From an uncultured Mycoplasmatota bacterium (GTDB lineage: Bacteria; Bacillota_I; Bacilli_A; RF39; UBA660), in contig UQVR01000002.1 of NCBI GenBank assembly GCA_900544625.1, positions 10,639 to 74,638 of the forward strand: 64,000 nucleotides of DNA. The letters run 5' to 3'. Of this stretch, positions 28,602 to 39,162 are shown piece by piece; the stretch's first letter is position 1; each line of letters opens with the position of its first letter. The position numbers and the translations under genes were made by a program. The notes under the pieces were generated by a model. It did not search any database and was not told the origin of the DNA. It saw only the letters and a list, made by a program, of their open reading frames with translations.

Positions 28602-29606
28602 TTATTGAAACATTTTCTTAGCAGTTCTAAGCATTTGTGCAGTATAACCATATTCATTATCATACCAAGCAAGTACTTTAACTAACTGTGCGCCATCAGA
28701 TTCAACAATACTTGTTGAAAGACCATCAACTATAGCACCAACTTTTTTACCTAAACAATCGCTTGAAACAATTGGATCCATAGTAAACTTAATTGTTTCA
28801 TTTTGATTATCTTGAAATAATTTATTAATTTCTTCAACAGTTGTATTTCGAGAAAGTTCTAGTGTTAAATCCACAACAGAACCATCAGCAGTTGGAACTC
28901 TTAGTGCATTACCATCAAGTTTTCCTAAAAGTTCAGGAATAACTAAACCAATAGCCTTAGCAGCGCCAGTACTAGATGGAACAATATTTTGAGCACAAGC
29001 TCTACCACGTCTAGATTTAATGCCCTTTTTATGAGCAATGTCAAGAGTTGCTTGGTCATTTGTATAAGCATGAACTGTTGTCATAAAACCTTTTTTAATA
29101 CCAATATTTTTTTGTAAAATATTAAGTACAGGTGCTAAACAATTTGTTGTACAACTTGCAGCACTAACAATAACGTCTTCATTTGATAAAACATTATCAT
29201 TAACACCATAAACGACAGTTTTCATTTCACCTTTTCCCGGTGCACTAATTAATACCTTTTTAGCTCCCGCTGTAATATGTTTCATTGCATCTTCCTTTGC
29301 AGTAAACTTACCAGTACATTCAAGCACTAAATCAATTCCAAGTTCTCCCCAAGGTAAATTTGCAGGATCAGTTTCACTAAAAACTTTAATTCTTTTAACA
29401 CCTGCAACAACTATTTCATTTCCTTCAGCTTTAATTTCATCTTCATGAAAGCTTCCATGAACAGTATCATATTTAACTAAATAAGCTAAATCTTCTGCAC
29501 TTGTCAAGTCATTAATAGCCACAATATCAAAATCAGTTTGTGTAACTATTTGTCTAAATGCTAATCTACCAATTCTACCAAAACCATTAATTGCTACTTT
29601 AATCAT
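28602..29606 (-). CDS. gap: Glyceraldehyde-3-phosphate dehydrogenase
   Basis: INGFGRIGR N-terminus, SCTTNCLAP active site, WYDNE C-terminus. Confidence 0.97.
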   Translation of the reverse strand: MIKVAINGFGRIGRLAFRQIVTQTDFDIVAINDLTSAEDLAYLVKYDTVHGSFHEDEIKAEGNEIVVAGVKRIKVFSETDPANLPWGELGIDLVLECTGKFTAKEDAMKHITAGAKKVLISAPGKGEMKTVVYGVNDNVLSNEDVIVSAASCTTNCLAPVLNILQKNIGIKKGFMTTVHAYTNDQATLDIAHKKGIKSRRGRACAQNIVPSSTGAAKAIGLVIPELLGKLDGNALRVPTADGSVVDLTLELSRNTTVEEINKLFQDNQNETIKFTMDPIVSSDCLGKKVGAIVDGLSTSIVESDGAQLVKVLAWYDNEYGYTAQMLRTAKKMFQ

Positions 29607-31245
29607 TATATCTTCCTCCTATAAATTCTCGCAATATTGATTCATCATTAACATATTCTCCCGGTATTGGGAAAAATTGTTTTAAAAAATCCACTAATCT
29701 TCTTGCTTCTTCATAATAAATGCTATCAACACTTACCGATAAAAGCAATGGCTCAACATAAACCTTTAAAACCCCAACTTCATAGGCTAACGCTGTATTA
29801 ATAATAACATTTGCTTGGTGTATATATGGGAAAATATACTTTTCTTCTCCATTTCTTACACTTTGCCAATTATCTATTGTTTTAATTACATCATAACCCC
29901 TCGTTCTATTATCTCTCACTATTCTTCTAAGTAATCTTAAATCAATTGTTGATACATAATTATATTTATCTATACTTAAAGGAATAAAAGGACTCAAATA
30001 AATTTTAAACTTATATTTTTCTCCAATTTCCTTTGTTAAATTTTCATTCAATGCATGTAATCCTTCAATTAAGAAAATACTTTTATCAGTCATTTTTATT
30101 TCTTCTTTATAGTATTCCCTTAATCCAGTCATAAAATTATACTTTGGAAATTTAACACTTTCACCTTTTAATAAATTATTCAAATTTTCATTAAACAACT
30201 TAACATCTAAAGCCTCTAAGCATTCAAAATTATAATTGCCAAATTCATCTTTCGGAGTTTCTTCTCGATCAACAAAATAATCATCTAAACTTATTTTTAT
30301 CGGATTATAACCTAAAGCCTCAAAATAAGAAGCTAATCTACTTGTAGTAGTAGTTTTTCCGCTTGAAGAAGGTCCAGCTATTAAAATAAATTTAACATCT
30401 TTTCTATCTTCAATAATTCTAGCAACATCAGATATATTTAAATTAAACATTAATTCGCAAGACTTAATAAAGTTAATTATTTTACCATTACCTACATCTT
30501 TATTTAAGTCTGTAATATATGGCATATTTAAGTTGTTTAACCAATTTTTTCCATCCATAAAACTTTCAATTATTTTATCATAGTGAACATATTCAGGAAC
30601 CATACCATTGCTTCTAGTTGTAGGAAATAACAATATTATTCTATTATTTCCCAAATAAACTAACTCAAACTTTTCTAAAGCCCCCGTACTGTAAGGCATT
30701 AATGAGTAAAAATAATTCAAATTATTTTTTAGCTTATATAAATTAACTACCTTATCACTTATATTTTGGATATTATTAGCTTTTTCATACTCTTTTCTGT
30801 TATTAAAATACTTTATTGCATCTTTTGGTGAAACATTTAATTTAGTTATTAGCTCATTATCACTAATAAGTTTGCACATTCTAGCTTTAATTTTTGATAT
30901 ATCTTCATGGCTTAAAATTCTTGGTCCTTTTAAAACTCCCAGCATTCCCCTTGGAACACTATGTTCATAAACAACATCAAAGTCATTAAAAACTTCTTGC
31001 AAAGAAACTAAAAACAAAAACTTTAATCCGGCTTTATATATTCTATTACCAATTAAATCATTAGTATTTATAAACTCTATTTTTTCATCTTCAAGTATTT
31101 TATTATCCAAAGAAAATACTTCATTATTTATTTTATAACCTACAATATTATCCATATTATAATCTTTACTTGCATCATAAAAAGAAGTACCTTTTTTATA
31201 CTCATGAACAGTATTATCATTAAATGTAATTTTAACTATATCCAT
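29599..31245 (-). CDS. Uridine-kinase-like nucleoside kinase with N-terminal TGS/ThrRS-like region
   Basis: P-loop AGPSSSGKTTT in the middle, DDYF and RD.R motifs of the Udk fold. 548 aa. Confidence 0.7.
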   Translation of the reverse strand: MDIVKITFNDNTVHEYKKGTSFYDASKDYNMDNIVGYKINNEVFSLDNKILEDEKIEFINTNDLIGNRIYKAGLKFLFLVSLQEVFNDFDVVYEHSVPRGMLGVLKGPRILSHEDISKIKARMCKLISDNELITKLNVSPKDAIKYFNNRKEYEKANNIQNISDKVVNLYKLKNNLNYFYSLMPYSTGALEKFELVYLGNNRIILLFPTTRSNGMVPEYVHYDKIIESFMDGKNWLNNLNMPYITDLNKDVGNGKIINFIKSCELMFNLNISDVARIIEDRKDVKFILIAGPSSSGKTTTTSRLASYFEALGYNPIKISLDDYFVDREETPKDEFGNYNFECLEALDVKLFNENLNNLLKGESVKFPKYNFMTGLREYYKEEIKMTDKSIFLIEGLHALNENLTKEIGEKYKFKIYLSPFIPLSIDKYNYVSTIDLRLLRRIVRDNRTRGYDVIKTIDNWQSVRNGEEKYIFPYIHQANVIINTALAYEVGVLKVYVEPLLLSVSVDSIYYEEARRLVDFLKQFFPIPGEYVNDESILREFIGGRYND

Positions 31246-31341
31246 CTAATCAACCTCTATTCTTTATAATTATATCAATTTTTTATAAATTTGTGAATAA
31301 AAATTAACATTATTTACTATTATTTACTTAGGTGATCTATT

Positions 31342-31920
31342 TTGAATATAATTCCAACAGTAATAACAAAAACTAACAATAAAGAATATGCATACGACTT
31401 ATATTCTAGACTTTTACAAGATAGAATTATATTTTTAACCGGGGAAATTGATGATACAATATCAAACATAATAATAAGTGAATTACTCTATTTAGATAAT
31501 ATAAGTCATGAAAATATTTATTTATATATTAATTCTCCAGGTGGAGCTATAACATCTGGAATGGGTATATATGACACAATGAGATTTATCGAAAGCAAAG
31601 TTATAACAATCGGAGTTGGAATGTGTGCAAGTATGGCAGCATTTTTACTATCTTCCGGAGATGAGAGATATGTTCTTCCAAATGCCGAAGTTATGATTCA
31701 TCAACCTCTCGGAGGAGCTCAAGGCCAAGCAACAGACATTAAAATTGCAGCCGAAAGAATTATTAAATTAAAAGAAAAATTAAATAGAATTTTATCAAAT
31801 AATACTCACCAACCAATTGAAAAAATATATGAAGACACCGAAAGGGACAATTTTCTAAATGCCAAAGAAGCTAAAGAATATGGCTTAATAGATGATATCA
31901 TAAAAAAGAATGAATTTTAG
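31342..31920 (+). CDS. clpP: ATP-dependent Clp protease proteolytic subunit
   Basis: TTG start. [13 protein letters not shown], catalytic [14 protein letters not shown]. Confidence 0.95.
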   Translation: MNIIPTVITKTNNKEYAYDLYSRLLQDRIIFLTGEIDDTISNIIISELLYLDNISHENIYLYINSPGGAITSGMGIYDTMRFIESKVITIGVGMCASMAAFLLSSGDERYVLPNAEVMIHQPLGGAQGQATDIKIAAERIIKLKEKLNRILSNNTHQPIEKIYEDTERDNFLNAKEAKEYGLIDDIIKKNEF

Positions 31921-32201
31921 TTCATTCTTATGATAAGTTCACCATTTTCTGAGTACAAAAACTTTTCTTTTGCAAATCTAACAATATAATCGTCATCTTG
32001 CAACTTAGTAACTTCACTTACTAATTTTTCTTCTTCACTTAATAAATCATTATATTGTTTATTTAAACTTGTAATTTTACTTTTATTTTCCATTATTTTA
32101 GTCCAATCTCCAGCTACAGAACTAACTAAAGACACAACAAGAAGAATTATAACAACGGAAATAACAAAAAGCCGTTTTTTTTCTTTTTTTGTTTTTTTCA
32201 T
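31917..32201 (-). CDS. divIC: Septum formation initiator family protein (DivIC/FtsB)
   Basis: N-terminal TM helix plus a coiled coil. Follows yabP-yabQ as in Bacillus. Confidence 0.6.
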   Translation of the reverse strand: MKKTKKEKKRLFVISVVIILLVVSLVSSVAGDWTKIMENKSKITSLNKQYNDLLSEEEKLVSEVTKLQDDDYIVRFAKEKFLYSENGELIIRMN

Positions 32202-32308
32202 ATCCGGACATCCTCCCCATTCTTATCTGAATTATAATTAAAATTTATAAACTTGTAAACAATTTATATTCACGAATTACTTCATTGACAATAATTTTAC
32301 AAAAAAGA

Positions 32309-32617
32309 CTATTTAATTCTTAACTTTTTTAAACATCTTTTAATTAACATAGAGCACTTATCATACAAAATCATCATAAAAATATAGCCCACTAAAACAA
32401 CAGCAACAAAATACGGATGTATCATTCCAAAATTAACTTTATACATAACATAAATATATAAAATCACCATATCTATAACAAAAACTAATGTTACCAACAA
32501 CTTAATAACATTATTTTTATTAATTAACATATATTTATTAAATCTTGTAAATAAATAAAATATTATTCCATATATAAAAGATATCAAGAAAGATATTACT
32601 TGAATATAGCTATTCAT
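32309..32617 (-). CDS. yabQ: Spore cortex biosynthesis protein YabQ-like membrane protein
   Basis: Small three-TM protein overlapping the yabP stop. The call is based on synteny. Confidence 0.5.
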   Translation of the reverse strand: MNSYIQVISFLISFIYGIIFYLFTRFNKYMLINKNNVIKLLVTLVFVIDMVILYIYVMYKVNFGMIHPYFVAVVLVGYIFMMILYDKCSMLIKRCLKKLRIK

Positions 32618-32889
32618 TTAAACAATTTTGTTATAATACTTTCTTCTTTATTTTTAGTTTTACCATCAATATACATAAATGAATTAATCTTCCCTTTAAT
32701 CTTTACATTTCCATCTACAGTGTCTAATTTTAATAATTCAAGACCATTACCTAATATTCTTAAATTTCCCATTACCGTTTCCATCAAAAACTCTTCATCA
32801 TCAAAACTAACTATTTTATTAACACCATTTATACTAATATTATTTCTATCAACAATTTTTACTTCCTGTGTTCCAAAACTAGCTTCTCC
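32614..32889 (-). CDS. yabP: Sporulation protein YabP
   Basis: Pattern I.INGV..I.SFDDEE...ET..G.L.I.G..L....L....G.V.I.G.I. Start trimmed to MGEASF at 32889. Confidence 0.75.
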   Translation of the reverse strand, partial: GEASFGTQEVKIVDRNNISINGVNKIVSFDDEEFLMETVMGNLRILGNGLELLKLDTVDGNVKIKGKINSFMYIDGKTKNKEESIITKLFK

Positions 32890-32935
32890 CATTAATATCA
32901 CCAATAAATAATATGAAAAAAATAGACAGAATATT

Positions 32936-33409
32936 CTATCTATTTGATACATGTCTATTTAAAGATAAATCATTTAATTCTACTAGTGGATTTTCTGCTC
33001 CTAAATGATCTACATAAGCCGCCATTCTTTCCTTTACTATACTTTCTGTCGCTGATTTTCTATAAGGTTTTAATGCAGCATCTAAAGATTTTTGAACCAT
33101 TAATGAACTAACCCATGGAATAACAATATCTCCATCTTCTAAAAACTCATATTTATCTGTGCCTGGAAAATAAATAACTCCAACTGCTCCTAGTTTTTCA
33201 TATTTATTTTTAAATACTTCAAGATTTTTTACTCCAATTGCATGAGCATTAACACTATTGTTTAAAATATCCTCTAATGAGAATTCCAATCCAACATATA
33301 TTTCTTGAATAAAAGTATATCTTCCATCAAATGATATTACTTTTGCTCCCTCAAGAACTTCTTTTTCACTTTTATCTTTTCCATAAACATATTGTATACT
33401 ATATAACAT
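32936..33409 (-). CDS. Hypothetical protein (157 aa)
   Basis: Intact ORF between spoVG and yabP. No motif recognised. Confidence 0.5.
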   Translation of the reverse strand: MLYSIQYVYGKDKSEKEVLEGAKVISFDGRYTFIQEIYVGLEFSLEDILNNSVNAHAIGVKNLEVFKNKYEKLGAVGVIYFPGTDKYEFLEDGDIVIPWVSSLMVQKSLDAALKPYRKSATESIVKERMAAYVDHLGAENPLVELNDLSLNRHVSNR

Positions 33410-33508
33410 AAATAATCACTCCTTTTTTAGCGACAGATCTAATTATATAACACATATACATTATATGTCAAGGACAAAATTTTATGAAATTACAAACAAA
33501 AAAGTTAA

Positions 33509-33784
33509 CTATTCGCTAACTTCTTCATTTAATATTCTATTATATTCATCTAAAATAACTTTTTCAAATTTTTCTCTAGTTTCTTTGTTTGTAGGGAAAA
33601 CGACATTTTCTTCTTTACCATCTTTATTTAATTTACCAGGCATAGAAACAAACAATCTTGAATTTCCTTCAATTATTTTAGCTCCTCTTATAGCTAAACA
33701 GTCATCAAGTGTAAAATCTACAAACGCTTTTAATCTTGAACCTTCTTTTTCTCTTCTGTAAACCTCTAGTCTTGTTATTTCCAT
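33509..33784 (-). CDS. spoVG: Septation/sporulation regulator SpoVG
   Basis: MEITRLEVYR...LKAFVDFTLDDCLAIRGAKIIEG...FVSMP is the typical SpoVG fold sequence. Confidence 0.93.
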   Translation of the reverse strand: MEITRLEVYRREKEGSRLKAFVDFTLDDCLAIRGAKIIEGNSRLFVSMPGKLNKDGKEENVVFPTNKETREKFEKVILDEYNRILNEEVSE

Positions 33785-33861
33785 AATACTACCTCCTTAT
33801 GTTGTTTTACTACCTTAATTTTAAAACATAATTATCATTTTTGCAACAAATTTTTTTAAAT

Positions 33862-34074
33862 TTATAAATAATTTATTTTTACATCACCAGTTATAACATC
33901 TCTATAACAAAAACTTTTTTCTTCTCCATCCACTAATACTGTAAAAAGATTAGGATACGTTTTATATAATATTCCTTCTAGTTTGTTAACTCTATTACGC
34001 ATTCCATACACAGATACTAATACTTTACTATTAAGTTTGTTATTTATTTCATTTTTTATTATATTAATATTCAT
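33862..34074 (-). CDS. veg: Veg protein
   Basis: 70 aa with G.R......G.L...YP.LF.V, as in Veg. Lies next to yabG as in Bacillus. Confidence 0.8.
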   Translation of the reverse strand: MNINIIKNEINNKLNSKVLVSVYGMRNRVNKLEGILYKTYPNLFTVLVDGEEKSFCYRDVITGDVKINYL

Positions 34075-34083
34075 AATTTCTCC

Positions 34084-34911
34084 TTATCTTGGATATCCCA
34101 CATACATAAGACCATTACAAATAAGACCTCCCATACCATCTTCTTTATATTTAGTTTTTTCAAGTAATTTCTTTAAATCGATTTCCTTATTTCTTTCTGT
34201 TAAAGCTATGGTACTAGCTATAATTGCAGGATCTAAGGCGTGAATATTAACTCTTTTAGGGCTCGACGCAAAGTTAGCACCAGCTTTTATTAGCTCTTCA
34301 TAATCACTTTGGCAAGCTCCAGCAATAACAACTAACTTTTCATGACTTTTTTCATAGTTTCTAGCAGTCTTAACAGCTTTTACAAAATAAAGAGAATTTT
34401 TATAATTATTTATATCTTTAGCATCACCTTTTTTTCTATAATAAGCATCATGTCCAGTAATTATAACAATATCAGGTTTAAATTCTTTTAAAAGCATTGG
34501 TAATTGTTCATAAACATTTTTTTCATTTATCTTTTTACCAATTCCCATAATACCATTTTTTTTATAAAACTTTAAACATCTCGATAAATACTCTTCATCT
34601 GAATCGATATGTAGAACTTTTGCTGGCAAATAAAAAAACTCTCCTCGATCAAGATTATCATCTAATAAATCAATATCATCTATTACATTATCTTCATTTA
34701 TATTTTCCTCTTTTCTTAAATCAGTTACTTCAGCATCCGCAATTAATCTTACTTCAACACCTTTTAAATAATATACACCATTTTTAATATTAATAACTTT
34801 AAAAACAGTATCATTATCATAACTGTTTCTAGTTACATAATCACCCTTTTCTATATTCAAAATATATATCACCATTAAATAATATGCTACAACAAAAAAA
34901 AGAATTCTCAT
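34084..34911 (-). CDS. yabG: Sporulation-specific protease YabG
   Basis: VLHIDSDEEYL, PDIVIITGHDAY and GACQS motifs. The true start is probably downstream of the first Met. Confidence 0.8.
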   Translation of the reverse strand: MRILFFVVAYYLMVIYILNIEKGDYVTRNSYDNDTVFKVINIKNGVYYLKGVEVRLIADAEVTDLRKEENINEDNVIDDIDLLDDNLDRGEFFYLPAKVLHIDSDEEYLSRCLKFYKKNGIMGIGKKINEKNVYEQLPMLLKEFKPDIVIITGHDAYYRKKGDAKDINNYKNSLYFVKAVKTARNYEKSHEKLVVIAGACQSDYEELIKAGANFASSPKRVNIHALDPAIIASTIALTERNKEIDLKKLLEKTKYKEDGMGGLICNGLMYVGYPR

Positions 34912-34920
34912 TTAAGAATT

Positions 34921-35697
34921 CTAACTTATATTTTTACACAAATCTACTAATATTTCTTCTGATAACTCTTCTGCTCGAACACTTAAATCAAGTCCATATT
35001 TTTCTAGTACTTCTTCTACTTTTTCTAAATCATACATACCACTTAAATTATTTTTCAAGTTTTTCCGTTTTAATCTAAATGCGTTTTTTAAAAACTTAAA
35101 ATAACTTTCAACATTAACATCTAATTTATTTTTTCTAGGAGTAAAACTTATTACACTACTTTCCACTTTGGGAACTGGATTAAACGCATATTTAGAAACA
35201 TCACATACTTTACTTATATCAAAATAATATTTAAGCACTAAAGTTATGTATCCATAATTTTTAGTTTTTTCATGAGCCATAAATCTATCCGCAACTTCTT
35301 TTTGAATCATAATAGTAAACTTAGTAAAATTTATATTTTCTTTTATAACATGTTCAATAATCGGAGTCGTTATATAATAAGGAAGATTTCCTACTAAATA
35401 TAAATTGTTATATTTTATATCTTTAATATCGTCATTGATATTACTATTTAAAAAATCTTTATAAATTACATGTAACTTATCATCTTCTAACTTACTTAAT
35501 ATATTACTTAAGTCAGTATCTAACTCATATGCAATAACATTAGATCCTTTTTTCTTAAGTTTACTTGTAAGGGCACCTCTGCCTGGCCCAATTTCAATAA
35601 TTAAATCATTATTACATGCTGAAACTTCATCAACAATTTTATTGATTACATTATTATCAATTAAAAAATTTTGTCCCAAACTCTTTTTTGCTTTCAT
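34921..35697 (-). CDS. rsmA: 16S rRNA (adenine1518/1519-N6)-dimethyltransferase
   Basis: KSLGQNFL, IEIGPGRGALT, GNLPYYITTPI. Confidence 0.95.
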   Translation of the reverse strand: MKAKKSLGQNFLIDNNVINKIVDEVSACNNDLIIEIGPGRGALTSKLKKKGSNVIAYELDTDLSNILSKLEDDKLHVIYKDFLNSNINDDIKDIKYNNLYLVGNLPYYITTPIIEHVIKENINFTKFTIMIQKEVADRFMAHEKTKNYGYITLVLKYYFDISKVCDVSKYAFNPVPKVESSVISFTPRKNKLDVNVESYFKFLKNAFRLKRKNLKNNLSGMYDLEKVEEVLEKYGLDLSVRAEELSEEILVDLCKNIS

Positions 35698-35716
35698 AAA
35701 AAAATTCGAGTGGGGT

Positions 35717-36244
35717 TTATTCCCACCCGCTCCTTAAAACATCATATGTTATTTTACTTCTACCTATATTTCTAGAAGCATATTCTTCACTTGGTGTAAG
35801 TAAATCAAGAGCATAGCCACCAACTCCACGATCAAGTACGATAGCAAATTGTTCACCTTCACCAACTCTGTTACTTGTAAATCTTACAATAGATCCACAA
35901 GCTAAATTCTTACTTGAAGCAACAATATTTACTTCTCCATATTCATAATCTTTATATGTTGTTGTTCCATCTTTTATATTATATTTTGGCATACATCCAA
36001 GAGTTCCATTACATAATGGACAATTATATGCATACCCAGTTAAATCTCCAGTATATGTTGCTATGGGAGTATATTTAATTGTATCTTCAACTTCAATTAT
36101 TTTCATAGCCATAGTTGTTAAATTAACAGTTTTATTCAAATTATCATTTTCAACAATAGCCATTTTTGTATCTGAACTGCTTTTAGCAATCACAAGCATA
36201 AATATAACAATTGACATTCTAACGAAATAATTTACTACTTTCAT
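35717..36244 (-). CDS. 3D-domain (RlpA-like double-psi barrel) secreted protein, YabE-like
   Basis: Signal peptide, CPLCNGTLGC cluster, and a C-terminal VLDRGVGGYALDL 3D-type motif. Lies at the yabE position. Confidence 0.6.
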   Translation of the reverse strand: MKVVNYFVRMSIVIFMLVIAKSSSDTKMAIVENDNLNKTVNLTTMAMKIIEVEDTIKYTPIATYTGDLTGYAYNCPLCNGTLGCMPKYNIKDGTTTYKDYEYGEVNIVASSKNLACGSIVRFTSNRVGEGEQFAIVLDRGVGGYALDLLTPSEEYASRNIGRSKITYDVLRSGWE

Positions 36245-36364
36245 TTAATATCCACCTTTCACTGGACAATTAAATTATAACATTAATATGTTAATAAAGC
36301 AATTGACAATATTTTACAAAAAAGTTTCATTTTTAAATTAGTCAAAAAAAGATAAAGTTTAAAA

Positions 36365-37144
36365 TTAATCTAACTTCATCTTTTTATACATAATAGCAAT
36401 ATTTTTATTTGTTTTTTTTGCTAACTCTTCTAATGAAATATTATATAAATCAGCTACAAACTTGGCAATTTCAAATACATGTCCTGGATTATTTTGTTTA
36501 CCTCTAAAAGGTTCTGGAGTAAGATATGGACTATCAGTTTCTAAAATATAATTTTCAAGACCAACCTCTTTAATCACTTCTTTTATCTTAGCATTTTTAA
36601 AGGTAATAACTCCATTTACACCTAATAAATATCCCATTTTAATATATATTCTTGCAGTTTCTAAACTTCCAGAAAAAGAATGAATTACACCTTTACAATT
36701 AAATTTCTTTAAAGAATTAATTGTATCTTCTGTAGCATCTCTTGAATGTACAATCACAGGTAAATTATATTTTTCTGCTAAAGCTAATTGAGTTTCAAAC
36801 AATTTAATTTGTTCTTCTTTATTATCTTTAGTATAGTAATAATCCAAACCAATTTCTCCGATTGCTACTATTTTTTCATTACTTAAATTATCTTCAATAA
36901 ACTTAATATCTTCTTGTATTGCATCATCAACATCTTCTGGATGAATACCAATTGCACCATACATATTTGGATATTTTTTAGTTAAATCTAATACTTCTTT
37001 ATTAAATTTATTATTGCTTCCATTATTAATGACATATTTTATATGATTATTACTTGCATTTTTTAAAACTTCATCTATATTTTCATAATCAGATTTAAAT
37101 ATATGACAATGCGTATCAACAAAATAATTATTCATTAATCTCAA
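36365..37144 (-). CDS. tatD: TatD-family metal-dependent DNase/hydrolase
   Basis: VDTHCH, GEIGLDY, HSRDA, ETDSPYL motifs. Confidence 0.92.
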   Translation of the reverse strand: MRLMNNYFVDTHCHIFKSDYENIDEVLKNASNNHIKYVINNGSNNKFNKEVLDLTKKYPNMYGAIGIHPEDVDDAIQEDIKFIEDNLSNEKIVAIGEIGLDYYYTKDNKEEQIKLFETQLALAEKYNLPVIVHSRDATEDTINSLKKFNCKGVIHSFSGSLETARIYIKMGYLLGVNGVITFKNAKIKEVIKEVGLENYILETDSPYLTPEPFRGKQNNPGHVFEIAKFVADLYNISLEELAKKTNKNIAIMYKKMKLD

Positions 37145-38660
37145 TCCTATTAAATAGTATTTCCGGTTTATTTAAAGTAATTCCACACTCTAAATTACCA
37201 AATTCATTAATACTTTCAATACTTCTTTCATTTGTATTAAGTTCATTTAATATTTTTTCACTTGTTACATTAATAAACGGTTCAAGAAGTATTGCACATA
37301 CTCTAATACTTTCTAAAATATTATATAAAACAGTTTTTAATCTATCTTGCTTTGCTTCATCTTTAGCAAGTATCCATGGAGTCGTTTCATCGATATATTT
37401 ATTACATCTTTTTAATACTTCAAATATTTCTTCTAAAGCCTCATTAACTTTTAAACCATCCATTTTTTCATCGACTTTTATCTTTAAGTTTGTAACGGCA
37501 TCAATTAAGTCATTATCTATCTCTTCATTTACTTTTGGATTTTCTACCACCCCATCAAAGTATTTGTGACTCATACTTATAGTTCTATTAACTAAATTTC
37601 CTAAATTATTTACTAAATCTGCATTTGTTCTATTAATTAATGCTTCTTCAGAAAAATTACCATCACTACCAAAAGATACTTCTCTTAGTGCAAAATATCT
37701 AACTGCATCAACACCATAAGCATTAATATATTCTCTTGGATCTTTGTAATTTCCTAATGATTTAGAAATTTTTCCACCATTTATAATTAACCATCCATGT
37801 CCAAACACTTGGTGAGGTATTTCAATTCCTAAAGCCATAAGAAGTGCTGGCCAAATAATTGCATGGAACCTTGTAATTTCTTTACCTACTAAATGTAAGT
37901 CAGCTGGCCAATATTTTTTAAATAATGGTGCATTTTCATCTGGATATCCTAAAGATGTAATATAGTTTGATAATGCATCAATCCATACATAAATTACATG
38001 TTTTGGGTCAAAATCTACAGGAATTCCCCATTTAACCGAAGTTCTTGATACACATAAATCTTCAAGACCAGGTTTAATGAAATTATTTACTAGTTCATTT
38101 TTTCTTGAAACTGGTAAAATAAATTCCGGATTCTTATCATATAATTCAACTAATTTATCTTGATATTTAGATAATCTAAAAAAGTATGCTTCTTCAGTAA
38201 CATTTTTAACCTCGCGACCGCAATCTGGACATTTACCATCAACAAGTTGAGTTGCTGTCCAAAATGATTCACAAGGAACACAATATAGTCCTTCATAAGA
38301 CCCCTTATAAATATCCCCTTGGTCATATAATTTTCTAAATATTTTTTGAACAGCTTTAACATGTGATTCGTCAGTAGTTCTAATAAAATAATCATATGAA
38401 ATGTTTAAACTTTTCCATAAATTTTTAGCATTTTCGATTATAACATCAACATATTCTTTTGGCGTTACACCAGCATCCTTAGCTTTTTGTTCAATTTTAG
38501 CTCCATGTTCATCAGTTCCAGTTTGGAAAAACACATCGTATCCATTTAATCTTTTATATCTTGCAATAGCATCTGCAATAATAGTTGTATAACAATGTCC
38601 AATATGAAAATCAGCACTTGGATAATATATTGGTGTTGTTATGTAATATTTTTTATTCAT
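37128..38660 (-). CDS. metG: Methionine--tRNA ligase (short form, no C-terminal tRNA-binding domain)
   Basis: HIGH motif (ADFHIGHCY), KISKS (KMSKS-type), CPDCG zinc knuckle. Confidence 0.95.
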   Translation of the reverse strand: MNKKYYITTPIYYPSADFHIGHCYTTIIADAIARYKRLNGYDVFFQTGTDEHGAKIEQKAKDAGVTPKEYVDVIIENAKNLWKSLNISYDYFIRTTDESHVKAVQKIFRKLYDQGDIYKGSYEGLYCVPCESFWTATQLVDGKCPDCGREVKNVTEEAYFFRLSKYQDKLVELYDKNPEFILPVSRKNELVNNFIKPGLEDLCVSRTSVKWGIPVDFDPKHVIYVWIDALSNYITSLGYPDENAPLFKKYWPADLHLVGKEITRFHAIIWPALLMALGIEIPHQVFGHGWLIINGGKISKSLGNYKDPREYINAYGVDAVRYFALREVSFGSDGNFSEEALINRTNADLVNNLGNLVNRTISMSHKYFDGVVENPKVNEEIDNDLIDAVTNLKIKVDEKMDGLKVNEALEEIFEVLKRCNKYIDETTPWILAKDEAKQDRLKTVLYNILESIRVCAILLEPFINVTSEKILNELNTNERSIESINEFGNLECGITLNKPEILFNRIEINE

Positions 38661-39150
38661 TTTCTCTTCCTTCTTTCTTTTTATTTGTGCTACCTATACC
38701 ACCAGTTCTAAGTGTTTTAACATTATCATCATCAGTTGTTAAAAATTTAACGAATATCCCTTGAGCATAAGCATCACCCTTATTTATTATATATTCTTTA
38801 TCACCATGATTTTGTAAACATACCCACATATGGCCTTCATTATCACGATTATTATAATAATCACTTTCAATAATACCTACTTGATTAGTAAGCCTAACAT
38901 TATATTTGAAACCCACACTACTTCTTACCACGATCATAAGCATTTCATCACTTTCAAAAGTAGCCTTATAGCCAGTTGGTATCTTCACAATCTCATTAGG
39001 TTTAATAACATAATCTTTTATGGCAAAAAAATCATAACCTGCACTACATTTCGTCCCTCTTAAAGGGAGCATATAATCATCATACAAAGTTTTATTATCT
39101 CCAAAAACTTTAACAAATTCAGGATAACTTATTTTTTCAAACTTTCTCAT
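38653..39150 (-). CDS. dut: dUTP diphosphatase (trimeric dUTPase family)
   Basis: GTKCSAGYDF, VRSS, GIIESDYY, RTGGIGST motifs. Start set at MRKFEK (39150) after RBS ggagga, because the tracked N-terminal extension overlaps the T-box. 8-nt overlap with the metG start. Confidence 0.85.
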   Translation of the reverse strand: MRKFEKISYPEFVKVFGDNKTLYDDYMLPLRGTKCSAGYDFFAIKDYVIKPNEIVKIPTGYKATFESDEMLMIVVRSSVGFKYNVRLTNQVGIIESDYYNNRDNEGHMWVCLQNHGDKEYIINKGDAYAQGIFVKFLTTDDDNVKTLRTGGIGSTNKKKEGRENE

Positions 39151-39162
39151 ATTTCCTCCAAC

